Assembly (NCBI GenBank): GCA_019058315.1 | Contig: JAHPZH010000011.1 | Location: 1 to 31,445, forward strand | Source: Candidatus Helarchaeota archaeon | Lineage (GTDB): Archaea > Asgardarchaeota > Lokiarchaeia > Helarchaeales > RDOG01 | Length of the DNA stretch: 31,445 nt | Reading direction: 5' to 3' | Part shown: in pieces, positions 9,017 through 18,685 of the stretch | How positions within the stretch are numbered: position 1 is the stretch's first letter | How the letters are laid out: every line of letters starts with the position of its first letter | Program-made: the position numbers and the translations under genes | Notes under the pieces: generated by a model | Told to the model about the DNA's origin: nothing | Databases searched by the model: none | The model's input: only the letters and a program-made list of their open reading frames with translations

Positions 9017-10336
9017 TTAGGATTTTCGTAAAATTGCATTAACAGCAAGTTTGGCAGATCTTACGGGCGCATCAATTCCACATCCAGTTCCTTTAACCGT
9101 ATCTCCACAGAAATATAAATTCTTTAGAGGAGATACCACATCTGGTTTTGCTTTCCAAACTTGGTAAGGTCTTCTATGAACTCCATCGATTAAGCGTTTT
9201 GGTAAAACTGGATTTTGGAACCAATCACAATTTTTTTCCCAGTCATAATCCGGAAATAGTTCTAAAATTTCATTGATAGAATTTTTTGCTAAAAAATTCA
9301 TTTTTTTTCGAGTCATTGAATGATATGGTTCTACAATTTGGCCTCCTGTAAGTAAATGCTTTCCAGGAGGAACAATACTTCTAGTGAAATTCGAAGGTTG
9401 CCACAATTGAAGTGTGGTATGATTAATGGGAGTATCTAAGACTGAAATATAAGCTTTTTCAGTATAAAGTGGTTCGTTTAACCCTGCAACAAGACCTATA
9501 CCAGCAAAGTAAGATTCATCTTCTAAATAACGAACTCGTTTCACAAACCATACAGGAAATTCGTCTTCTGGAATTAATTTAAAATTTTCCCAAACAGGTA
9601 GGGAAGAAATAATGATTTTAGAGCTCACTTCTTTATTTTCTTTTCCATAAATTATCTTTTTAACCTCTTTATTTTCAACAATAACTTTTTTTATAGATGT
9701 ACTCCGGTAGATTTTTCCACCTAAAGCTTCTATTCTTTCTGCTAATGAATTTGAAAAAGAAATGAATCCACCTTCAGGATAACCTGCGCGAATTCCCGAG
9801 CGTATCCAGTCTTGAAATCGGCGAATTACACAACCTGCACTTTGTTCATTGGGATCACCTAAACTGGTCATAATATAACTATGTATAAAAAAGAATTCTT
9901 TTGCCTCCTCGTTATCTACTCTTTCTTCAATCCAATTTTTAAATGTTACATTATCGAGTGCTTCAGTTTGTTCAAAAGTCATTGTAGAAATTTCTGAATA
10001 TACACGATCCACTGCTTTTTTTGGAGCTCCAGAGCCAATCATTTGGCTTTCTTTTTTTAATTTTTCTTTAAAATAGATTAACATATCCTCGAAGGGGTAG
10101 ACTTTTACTTCTCGAGCTCCAACAAATTGAATTACTTTGCATACATCTGATTCTTGACCACTAGGGCATATATGACTTCCAAAATCAATTAAATAATCAT
10201 TCATGTTTAAAGTAGTGGCTCTACCTCCTAAAAATTGAGATTTTTCGAACACAGCTACTTCAAAACCAGCTTTCGCAAGAAGTGCAGCTGCACTTAATCC
10301 TGCTATTCCAGCACCAATAACAATAACATCGACCAA
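9017..10336 (-). CDS. FAD-dependent oxidoreductase, phytoene desaturase / amine oxidase superfamily
   Basis: DVIVIGAGIAGLSAA...EK...GGRA, YPEGG and LKNLYFCGD..GTG.GI; TTG start. Confidence 0.9.
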   Translation of the reverse strand: MVDVIVIGAGIAGLSAAALLAKAGFEVAVFEKSQFLGGRATTLNMNDYLIDFGSHICPSGQESDVCKVIQFVGAREVKVYPFEDMLIYFKEKLKKESQMIGSGAPKKAVDRVYSEISTMTFEQTEALDNVTFKNWIEERVDNEEAKEFFFIHSYIMTSLGDPNEQSAGCVIRRFQDWIRSGIRAGYPEGGFISFSNSLAERIEALGGKIYRSTSIKKVIVENKEVKKIIYGKENKEVSSKIIISSLPVWENFKLIPEDEFPVWFVKRVRYLEDESYFAGIGLVAGLNEPLYTEKAYISVLDTPINHTTLQLWQPSNFTRSIVPPGKHLLTGGQIVEPYHSMTRKKMNFLAKNSINEILELFPDYDWEKNCDWFQNPVLPKRLIDGVHRRPYQVWKAKPDVVSPLKNLYFCGDTVKGTGCGIDAPVRSAKLAVNAILRKS

Positions 10337-10626
10337 TTAAATATACTCTCCTAAACCTCTTAATTTAAATTTAAAAAATGAATTTGAATATTTTTTCTTG
10401 TAACTCTTTGTAGTTTTTTTTTGAAAGTCTTTTAGATATATTCTATCAAATTTTAAGACTCATAATTATATTTAATTTTAGTTGTCTAATTAGCGAAATC
10501 CCTTAAAGTGTTCAAAATTTTGACTTTAATTTTAAGCAATAAAATAAAAATTTAAAATATAAACCCAAAACACCTTAAAAGCTCTAAAAGTAAAAAAAAA
10601 AATTATGATAAATTAATAGCTAGTTT

Positions 10627-11058
10627 TTAAGACTCTAACTTAAGAATTATTTTATTTCCTTCTACTTTTAATTCGTAGGTTTGAATATCATATGTTTTTA
10701 CTGGATCAACTAATGTTTTTACATACTTTAAAAAATTTAGCATGTCTTTAGGAAGTTTATCTGTATCTTTTAATTCTTCAGACTCAGGTTCTTTAACCTT
10801 TTTTCCCGTAGTAACATCAAAATGAGCAAAATGAAAAGGACAAATTACATTTTTCCCGACCAATTTACCCATCGAAAGTAGAGCATTCATATGACCACAT
10901 CTATCATCAATAGCATAAAACTTCCCATCAACATTAGCGATTAATATATCCATCCCTTCTACTTGGACATTTTTCATTTTTCCTTTTTCTATATCACTCA
11001 CATTAGCTACTTCTATATATATGGGTTCTTTCTTAACTGCTTGCAATATACGTCTCAT
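10627..11058 (-). CDS. Rieske [2Fe-2S] ferredoxin
   Basis: CGH...CPFH ligand boxes and FDVTTG. Confidence 0.9.
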   Translation of the reverse strand: MRRILQAVKKEPIYIEVANVSDIEKGKMKNVQVEGMDILIANVDGKFYAIDDRCGHMNALLSMGKLVGKNVICPFHFAHFDVTTGKKVKEPESEELKDTDKLPKDMLNFLKYVKTLVDPVKTYDIQTYELKVEGNKIILKLES

Positions 11059-11287
11059 TTAAATCTTCATTCCTATATTATTTTTTAATTATAGAAAGAT
11101 TATTATATAATAATACATCGAAAGTTTGAATAAATTACTTTTTAATATTAATTTCATAATTAAAAATAGTGGAAATTTTTCCTAAATATGTTTCATCATT
11201 GCTTTTTATAGAAAAAAGAAAAATTGAGGGAGATTCATATTATAATCTTTATAAAATAAACCGAAAAGATATAATTTTTTCTAGAAT

Positions 11288-12646
11288 TTATCTAAATGCA
11301 TAGAATCGTTTAATAAGTTTAGTCATAGTTCTTATTTCTTCACCTTGTCTCTGAGAGAATTTTAAATATTCAGAAGTTAATATATCGTCAACATAGATTG
11401 GGAAAATTCTAGAGAGAGCTGCTGATAATATCAGTTCGAATGCACGTCTTTCAGCTATACTTAGATCATGTTTTTTTCCTAATCGTGTTCCATCTTTAGC
11501 AAAAACTGGATTTTTTTCTAATGGAAGGTTTAATATTTCATTACATAATTCTGTCCCAGGGATTGGTTCTGTAATACTAACAGTATAATCACTTAGAACA
11601 AGCTCTTCAACAAGCTCTTTAGTCATATTGAAATCTTCTTCAGATTCTCCGGGATATCCAACGATAAAAGCACCATCTACTTTTAATTTTCCATTATATT
11701 TTCGTACTCTATTAATTGTTTCTTTTATTTTTTCAACTCTTATTCCTTTTCTCATTTTTTTAAGGATTTTATTACTACCTGATTCAATACCAAAAATTAT
11801 CAAACCATATGTATATTTAAGAATAGCCTCTACGATCGAATCGGGTATCATATCAATCCTCAAATCCGGTGCTGCTAAATTTTGTGGTCCTGTAACTTTA
11901 CTAATAGCCTTTAGCATTTGTATCACTTTCTCTTCTTCTATCTTTACCCCTTGTTGACATCCATAGAGAGCAACATTACCAGTTCCGATAGCAATTTTTT
12001 TTGCTCCTGCTTTTTTAAATGCTCTCACTTCAGTTACTAAACTATTTAAAAGACGAGTTCGTATCTTAGTGCCAAATAATTTTGGTATTAAACAAAATGA
12101 GCAATTTGCCGCACATCCCCTATGTGTTTCTATGTAAACACTAGCTCCACGTATACTTTGTGAGCCAATATCTTCAGGAATTTTTGGTAAAGGTTTTTCT
12201 GATATATCAGCAGGTTCTCTTCGTTTTGTTATTACCGTTTTACCATTACTTTTAAATGCAATACCATCCACATTTTCTAAATCTTTAGAATTTAACCATG
12301 TATCAACCAAGTCTAGAACAGTATCTTCACCCTCACCGATAACTACTACATCTACTTCGGGAATACAATTGAAAATGAATTGAGGTGAAATTGAAATTGG
12401 TCCACCAATCACAATAAACTTACCAGATTTTTTAAGTTCAGTAATTAGAGATTTTATTTTTCCTGTAAGATGCAAAGTGGAGCTTAAACTAAATCCTACG
12501 AAATTAGAGTTTTGTGCTTCGGATAATATTAATTTACGGGAAAGCTGAGTTTTATACCCCTTATTTTCTAAAATTCCAGCAATCGTCATTGCCCCGTAAG
12601 AGTAAATATCATCTGGTGAGAATATTGTAATATTGGGTTTTTCCAT
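11288..12646 (-). CDS. Cobalamin-dependent radical SAM methyltransferase, MJ0865 / MCR glutamine C-methyltransferase (MgmA)-like
   Basis: N-terminal IYSYGAMTIAGIL, B12-domain GGP and GEGE, IRGASVYIETHRGCAANCSFC (CxxxCxxC), PDLRID, GIESGS, FIVGYPGE and EPIPGT. Confidence 0.8.
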   Translation of the reverse strand: MEKPNITIFSPDDIYSYGAMTIAGILENKGYKTQLSRKLILSEAQNSNFVGFSLSSTLHLTGKIKSLITELKKSGKFIVIGGPISISPQFIFNCIPEVDVVVIGEGEDTVLDLVDTWLNSKDLENVDGIAFKSNGKTVITKRREPADISEKPLPKIPEDIGSQSIRGASVYIETHRGCAANCSFCLIPKLFGTKIRTRLLNSLVTEVRAFKKAGAKKIAIGTGNVALYGCQQGVKIEEEKVIQMLKAISKVTGPQNLAAPDLRIDMIPDSIVEAILKYTYGLIIFGIESGSNKILKKMRKGIRVEKIKETINRVRKYNGKLKVDGAFIVGYPGESEEDFNMTKELVEELVLSDYTVSITEPIPGTELCNEILNLPLEKNPVFAKDGTRLGKKHDLSIAERRAFELILSAALSRIFPIYVDDILTSEYLKFSQRQGEEIRTMTKLIKRFYAFR

Positions 12647-12707
12647 AATTAAAAAATGTACAGATTTTTCTTAAGAGTTGTGTGTATTCAATAAAATTTT
12701 TTATTTT

Positions 12708-14090
12708 TTAATCTTTTCTATTTAAAGCTAATTTTAAGAAATTAACGGCAAAATTTGGGACGCTTGCTATGTGGATATGTAGAAACGAGGCTATTGTATT
12801 ATTTATACAAATTCCATCATTTGACCCATCAATTCCTTTTCCTCTTTTAATCTTATATCCAAAATTAGGAGTAGAAATTTTAATTATTTTTGAGTAATGG
12901 AACTCATGTCCTTTAATAGAAATATTAGGAGGTAGAAATGGATGAAATTGAGTCGTATTTCCCTCCACATAAGAAAGACCTTGCCTATTTGTCGTCATTA
13001 TTACGTCTGAGGGGAATAAATTGGCAAATTGGTATTGATCACCTGTTTTTGTGATTAATTTTGAATTTAAAATCATTAAACCTCCACATTCAGCATAAAC
13101 TGGACGATTATCTAATATAATATTTTTCAAATCCTTTAGAAAATTTACATTTTGTGATATTTCTTGGCAATAAATTTCTGGAAATCCTCCACCAATTAAA
13201 TAGCAGTCAGCCTCAGGTAAAGTTTCTCCCACTACTGGACTAAATTCTATTAATTTTGCTCCATTTTCTGAAAAAGCATCTAAGTTATCTTGATAATAAA
13301 AATTAAAGGCCGCATCATTTGCAATTCCTATTCTTATTTTTTGCTTAGATAATTCTTCATCCTTATTCCATAAAGGCTCTTTAGTTTCATTTATTTCTTC
13401 AACTTTATTTGCAATAGCCAATATTTGTTCTATATCAACATTTTCATTAATAAATCCACCCATATTTGTAATTATTTCTTGTTTTTCTTTAAATTCGGCC
13501 ATAGGGATTAAACCAAGGTGTCGCTGTTGCAATACTTGTTCCATATCATTCGGAATAGCCCCAATTACTGGAATTTTGGCATATTTTTCAATAGCAGTTA
13601 CAGTTTTTTGAGCATGTTTGTGAGTGCTAAATTTATTTAGAATAACTCCTGCGATATTTACTTCAGGATCTAATTGTTTAAAACCTAAAATATAGGCCGC
13701 AGCACTTTTGGTTATCCCTCTGATATCAATTACGAGAATTATAGGAACTTTTAATATTTTAGCAATATGTGCGGTGCTACCTATATCGTTAATTGCATTT
13801 AATCCCTCATATAATCCTCTAACTCCCTCAATAACTGCTATATCGCTACCTTTAGCTGCATGAGAGAAACTCCATCTAATTTGTGCTTCAGACATTAAAA
13901 AACTATCTAAATTTCTAGAAGCTCGGTTTGTGGCTATTGAATGATAAGAAGGATCTATGAAATCAGGTCCAACTTTGAAGGGTTGAACTTTTAGACCTTT
14001 ATAAGTTAATGCTTTCATTATCCCTGTTGCAATTGTAGTTTTTCCTACGCTACTTCCAGTCCCTGCAATTAAAATTCGTGGAGTATTCAG
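12708..14090 (-). CDS. cfbB: Ni-sirohydrochlorin a,c-diamide synthase (CbiA/CobB family); extended to a CTG start
   Basis: The in-frame upstream extension encodes PRILIAGTGSSVGKTT (P-loop). Also FKVGPDFIDP, EGVRGLYEG, RHLGL, YAECGG and GHEFHYS. Lies next to cfbCDE. Confidence 0.9.
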   Translation of the reverse strand: MNTPRILIAGTGSSVGKTTIATGIMKALTYKGLKVQPFKVGPDFIDPSYHSIATNRASRNLDSFLMSEAQIRWSFSHAAKGSDIAVIEGVRGLYEGLNAINDIGSTAHIAKILKVPIILVIDIRGITKSAAAYILGFKQLDPEVNIAGVILNKFSTHKHAQKTVTAIEKYAKIPVIGAIPNDMEQVLQQRHLGLIPMAEFKEKQEIITNMGGFINENVDIEQILAIANKVEEINETKEPLWNKDEELSKQKIRIGIANDAAFNFYYQDNLDAFSENGAKLIEFSPVVGETLPEADCYLIGGGFPEIYCQEISQNVNFLKDLKNIILDNRPVYAECGGLMILNSKLITKTGDQYQFANLFPSDVIMTTNRQGLSYVEGNTTQFHPFLPPNISIKGHEFHYSKIIKISTPNFGYKIKRGKGIDGSNDGICINNTIASFLHIHIASVPNFAVNFLKLALNRKD

Positions 14091-14884
14091 TATTGACCCT
14101 CATTGACTAATTTTCTTAATTCATCATCAGTAAGTGGAATAGGAACGTTATTAGTTTGATTTTTTAAGATTTTTTTTGCAAGTTCTTCAAAGAAATAAGT
14201 TAATTCATTTTCACCATTATTTTCAAATACAGTTATTAATTTTTTCTCGCATTTTTTAATTAGTTCGGAATATATTAAATAAGAAATGAGTGGGGACCCA
14301 ATTTTTTCTGCGAACCTTGAAATCATTACCTGTTCATCGGTTTGGGACCTTGAATTTCCAATTATTCCTGCTAAATTTGCCTTATTCTCCCGTATTCCTC
14401 TACAAATGTTATTAGCTGCAAGAATAGATAGATATTCACCACTTGTAATTATGTAAATTTCTTCCGAATAGCCCTTCCGAATTGGGACTGCAAATCCTCC
14501 ACAGACGACATCTCCTGGAACATCAAAAATAATTAAATCCAACCCATCAAATAAATTTAACTTATTTAATTCTTGGACTGCTACGATAATACCTCTTCCA
14601 GCACAGCCCACACCAGGTGTAGGACCGCCAACTTCTATACATTTAACCCCCTTGTAGCCATTAATTAAGATATTTTTTAGGTTTAATTTTTCATTCCGTC
14701 TTAGAATATCCAATACAGTTTCGACCTTCTTACCATGAGTCAGAATTATTGTGCTATCACATTTTGGATCGCACCCAATAACCATCACTTTATGACCTAA
14801 TTGGGCAGCTGCAGCGGCAAGATTTTGTCCAATAATTGATTTGCCAATTCCACCTTTGCCATAAATTGCAATCTTTTTAACCAT
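14087..14884 (-). CDS. cfbC: Ni-sirohydrochlorin a,c-diamide reductive cyclase ATPase subunit (NifH-like)
   Basis: YGKGGIGKS, GCDPK.DST, GGPTPGVGCAGRG and DVPGDVVCGGFA; directly abuts cfbD; no nifDK in the window. Confidence 0.92.
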   Translation of the reverse strand: MVKKIAIYGKGGIGKSIIGQNLAAAAAQLGHKVMVIGCDPKCDSTIILTHGKKVETVLDILRRNEKLNLKNILINGYKGVKCIEVGGPTPGVGCAGRGIIVAVQELNKLNLFDGLDLIIFDVPGDVVCGGFAVPIRKGYSEEIYIITSGEYLSILAANNICRGIRENKANLAGIIGNSRSQTDEQVMISRFAEKIGSPLISYLIYSELIKKCEKKLITVFENNGENELTYFFEELAKKILKNQTNNVPIPLTDDELRKLVNEGQY

Positions 14885-15970
14885 TTATTTGACTCCAGCA
14901 ATTTTACGTAGTTTAGCACCTAATTCGCTAGTAACAATTTTGTTTGTGCCCATAACATCTGAATGAGAAGTTAATTCAACTCCAACATATTTATATCCCA
15001 TCTCTCGTAAAGGTTCGACCTCTCTCGGACCATTTGTAATAGCTATACAATTATTTTTATTTTTCAATGGGATTGCATGAGGTAACCCAAGGAGGACTTT
15101 TAAGTCAAAATTATCATTTTTTTCGATAATTTTTGCAGCTCTTTCTCCAGATATCGGATATTCGTCTAAACCTCCCGTAATATGATTTATTTCAACCCCA
15201 TTTTTTTCAAGATCTTCTAAAATATTCTTGGAATCTTTTCTAATTCTAGCTAATCCTATATTAGGATCTAAATTTGCAATATTAAGAATTGAACAGTTAT
15301 ATTGTTGATTTATTTGATTTATCGCCAGTAATATGTCTGCAAACAAAAATGTTGTTTCTTTCTTTGAATTCAATATTATCGCAATATTTTTTTTATTTTT
15401 TATATGTTTAAAAATTATTTCTGCCAGGAAAGATTTATCATCTCCTTGACTTGGTTTAATATATTCTTTTTTTGCCATTCCAAATTCTTTTTCTATTTCT
15501 GTAGCTCTTTTTAACATTCTTTCTTGTCTTTTAAATTCATCTAAAGTTATTAAATCATTATTATATGCACTTTCTAAAGTTTTTATAGCCCCAATAGTAT
15601 TATCACCCATACAAGCATGGACTTCTACAATAATTGTTTTAACATTCAAATTAGCTTCATCTACAGCGGATTGTATTTCTTCTCCTATAATCATTGTAGA
15701 GCAAGTTCCAACTATTCCGATTAAATTCGGATTAAACATCTCTTTTATTTTCTCTATAGTATTGATTAATTTGTTTTTTGCACCGAAAATTATATCATTT
15801 TCTAATAAAGCAGTAGTTACAACTCGAACTCCATCTTCTTCTAAAAGTCGTGCAGCACGAAAGCAGCAACCAGCGGGACCATGGATGATTATCACATCAA
15901 CGTCCAGATCTCTTAAAGTATACATTGCTGCAACAATTGGGCTAGGTCTTGGGTGCATAATTTCAGTCAT
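14885..15970 (-). CDS. cfbD: Ni-sirohydrochlorin a,c-diamide reductive cyclase catalytic subunit (methanogenesis marker 13)
   Basis: MHPRPSPIVAAMYTLRD, HGPAGCCF, VGTC, GGLDEYP and TNGPR motifs. Confidence 0.93.
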   Translation of the reverse strand: MTEIMHPRPSPIVAAMYTLRDLDVDVIIIHGPAGCCFRAARLLEEDGVRVVTTALLENDIIFGAKNKLINTIEKIKEMFNPNLIGIVGTCSTMIIGEEIQSAVDEANLNVKTIIVEVHACMGDNTIGAIKTLESAYNNDLITLDEFKRQERMLKRATEIEKEFGMAKKEYIKPSQGDDKSFLAEIIFKHIKNKKNIAIILNSKKETTFLFADILLAINQINQQYNCSILNIANLDPNIGLARIRKDSKNILEDLEKNGVEINHITGGLDEYPISGERAAKIIEKNDNFDLKVLLGLPHAIPLKNKNNCIAITNGPREVEPLREMGYKYVGVELTSHSDVMGTNKIVTSELGAKLRKIAGVK

Positions 15971-15974
15971 TTAA

Positions 15975-17342
15975 TTAACCTTTCACTTTTTTTGAGATAA
16001 AAATGATATCATTTTTTCTAGCTTTCTCACATAAACTATTTAATAATTTATTTAAATCTAGAAATGAATTTCCTATATTTAAATTCGTAGAATAAACATC
16101 TGCTATAATACTTTTCCATTTTGATATAATTCTTTGAATTTTATCTATATCCACTCCTTCACAAACTGAACTATTAGCATCAAAAATTAACCATATTTTA
16201 CAATTATTTTTAATTAGATAAGAACTTATAGATTTTAGAGCGGCATTTAATGAAATTTCTCCAACTCCGGAATTAATATCGTTTAATAGCCAACAACCAT
16301 TCATTTTGGAGAGATTTAATCTATTCTTTATCCCATTAAAACCATATAAATTTTCGATAATTTTATTTTTATCTATTTTTAAAATAAGTGCAACTCCTAC
16401 ATAAGTTAGTAATGCATAAAAATATCCTGGACCAATTACTTTGCCAGAAATTGAGCCTTTAATTCTACCTCTCTGACTATCATTGGAAGAGAGGTCATAT
16501 ATGATTTCTAGATTATTACGTTTATTAAAGTTGACTAAATCTATCATATTACTCCGAATTTGACCAGTTTTTCCGAAGGAAATTAGGTAAGCCTCTGTTT
16601 TTATATTATTAATTAATTTTTTAGAATTTTTATCATCAGCATTATACAGTATTATAGAATTTTTTTTTGCAAATTCTAAGAGTTGTTTTTTACCATAACT
16701 TGCATTTTTAGTCGCATTAGCAATAGGATAATCTTCAATTATATTCGTTAATACTCCGATATCCGCTAAACCAATCCCACCTAAGCTGATTTCAAATATT
16801 CCAATATCAAATTCCTTTAAATATTTTTTAATATGGAGTAAATAAGGAGGAGCTATTTCAATTATATTCTCTAAATATTTTGAATTTCCTTCTTGAAATA
16901 ACTCTAGACCCCGACTGCTCAAACATAATACTTTTTTTTGATATGATAGTAATATTGCAAGTGTTATGGCCGTTGTAGATTTTCCGTGAGTTCCTGTAAT
17001 TTCAATAATTATTTTATCCTTTAATTGTGATTTCAATAAATATCCAACAATTTTATGAAAACTTACAATTTCAATTTCTTTTTCAATAGCTTTTGAAATG
17101 AATTGGGGGTTACAATGAACTGGAGCGATAATTGTATCTGAATTTTTTAAAGAGATCTCAGTTAAATTTTTTAAGATTTGGATTCCATTTGAATTAAATT
17201 GAGCAATTTCTTCTGAATCCATTGTATTATAAACATCAACACCTACAACATCCCATTTTTTTTTGAGTTCTCTTGCTAATATTTTTCCTCCATGGGTCAT
17301 ATCGACAATAATAATTCTATGAAAAGACAGCAATTCTCTCAA
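15975..17342 (-). CDS. cfbE: Coenzyme F430 synthase (Mur-ligase family)
   Basis: VDMTHGG, APVHC, ITGTHGKSTT, FEISLGG.G, DYPIA, D.NSG and VCEG; TTG start overlapping the apgM stop (TTGA). Confidence 0.9.
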   Translation of the reverse strand: MRELLSFHRIIIVDMTHGGKILARELKKKWDVVGVDVYNTMDSEEIAQFNSNGIQILKNLTEISLKNSDTIIAPVHCNPQFISKAIEKEIEIVSFHKIVGYLLKSQLKDKIIIEITGTHGKSTTAITLAILLSYQKKVLCLSSRGLELFQEGNSKYLENIIEIAPPYLLHIKKYLKEFDIGIFEISLGGIGLADIGVLTNIIEDYPIANATKNASYGKKQLLEFAKKNSIILYNADDKNSKKLINNIKTEAYLISFGKTGQIRSNMIDLVNFNKRNNLEIIYDLSSNDSQRGRIKGSISGKVIGPGYFYALLTYVGVALILKIDKNKIIENLYGFNGIKNRLNLSKMNGCWLLNDINSGVGEISLNAALKSISSYLIKNNCKIWLIFDANSSVCEGVDIDKIQRIISKWKSIIADVYSTNLNIGNSFLDLNKLLNSLCEKARKNDIIFISKKVKG

Positions 17343-18604
17343 GGCATAAATGTTTTTAATCGTTTTGTTGACATTAAAATTAAGTTCATCAATTTTATTG
17401 CTCTAAAAGTGCCTAAAGAACCATGAATACAATCAAGTTCTGAAAATTTTTTAACTCTATCTACCCTAACAAAGGGTCCTTTCATCAACAAAGGGATTGG
17501 ATGTCCAGAATGTTCACGCATAAGGCAAGGAGTTGAATGGTCAGAAGTTATAATAATGGTATCATCTTTATCCATATTATCTGTTATGAATGGAATATAT
17601 GAGTCTATTTCTTCTAGAATTTCTTTTTTCATTATATAATCTCCATCTTCACCTGCAATATCTGGATCTTTAATATGTAATATTGTCATATCATGATCCT
17701 TTATTAATTTTGAACCTGTTATGAATTTATCCTTTAATGTTAATTTTGATCCAGTTTTTTCTGGTCTTTTAACATCAATTCTTAAAAATCTTGCCACACC
17801 ACTATAAAGTGGATAAGAACTCATAAAAACCGGTTTTTCAAATTTATATCTGTCTGTAAAAGATTCCAAAAAACGCAAATAACCCGCACCTCTCGTTACA
17901 ATTGCATTTGCCTTAGTTGGATTATCTTTTGAAAGTTCTTCTTGAGCCGCTTTAATGAACCAATTCATAAAATTAGCTGTAATTCGTGCACTATTATGTT
18001 CCGATTCTGGTTCAACTTTTAAAATTGGTTTACCTATTTCTCTAGGATCACTATTTGTAATAGAGGATGAAGCATTTTTTCCACTAATTATTAAGACTCC
18101 ACGATATCCCTTTGTATGGTTAATATTATAATCCAAACACCAATATTTTTCGCACACAAGTTCATTAAGTCTCTTATAAAGGTTTTTAGATTTCTCTCCG
18201 CTGATTCTTCCGGCTCTTCTATCCGTTATCAAGCCATTTTCATCAATTGAAGCAAAATTAATCCTTGCAACAACCGATCCTTGTGGAACTTCAATTCCAG
18301 CACCAAGAGCTTCTAGAGATCCTCTCCCTGGATATTTATCTAATTCATATCCCAATAAGGCTAAGTGAGCAGGACCCGAACCTATTGGAATATGAGCTTC
18401 ATGTGTAGGATATATAAGACCGTTAGCCCCCTCTTCAGCTAATTTATCTAAATTCGGAGTATCAGCAGCTTCTAAAGGTGTACCGTTTAATTCTTTGACA
18501 TAAATATCAGGCATTCCATCTAATATGATGAAAATTACTTTATAATCAGATTTACGAATATAAAATTTATAATAATAATTCCAATCCTTATCTTTAATTT
18601 CCAT
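17339..18604 (-). CDS. apgM: 2,3-bisphosphoglycerate-independent phosphoglycerate mutase (archaeal type)
   Basis: ILDG..D, TPLEAA.TPNLD, GS..AHLALLGY, GRG.LEALG, DRRAGRI, D.AGEDGD, SDHSTP and HSGHP.P. Confidence 0.88.
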   Translation of the reverse strand: MEIKDKDWNYYYKFYIRKSDYKVIFIILDGMPDIYVKELNGTPLEAADTPNLDKLAEEGANGLIYPTHEAHIPIGSGPAHLALLGYELDKYPGRGSLEALGAGIEVPQGSVVARINFASIDENGLITDRRAGRISGEKSKNLYKRLNELVCEKYWCLDYNINHTKGYRGVLIISGKNASSSITNSDPREIGKPILKVEPESEHNSARITANFMNWFIKAAQEELSKDNPTKANAIVTRGAGYLRFLESFTDRYKFEKPVFMSSYPLYSGVARFLRIDVKRPEKTGSKLTLKDKFITGSKLIKDHDMTILHIKDPDIAGEDGDYIMKKEILEEIDSYIPFITDNMDKDDTIIITSDHSTPCLMREHSGHPIPLLMKGPFVRVDRVKKFSELDCIHGSLGTFRAIKLMNLILMSTKRLKTFMP

Positions 18605-18685
18605 ATTTTATTGTAAGCTTATATTTGGTAAAAAATCTTATTAAAATAAAATATTCAAGAATGAATCTTAATTGAAATCTAACAA

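Noticed and set aside
9017-10336. Rab GDI/REP-like regulator
   Set aside because: It shares the fold superfamily but keeps a full GxGxxG FAD motif and is far from the GTPase gene; an ordinary oxidoreductase is simpler.
14087-15970. Nitrogenase (nifH/nifD) call
   Set aside because: The partner is the short CfbD/marker-13 type, flanked by cfbB and cfbE; there is no nifK, nifE or nifN.
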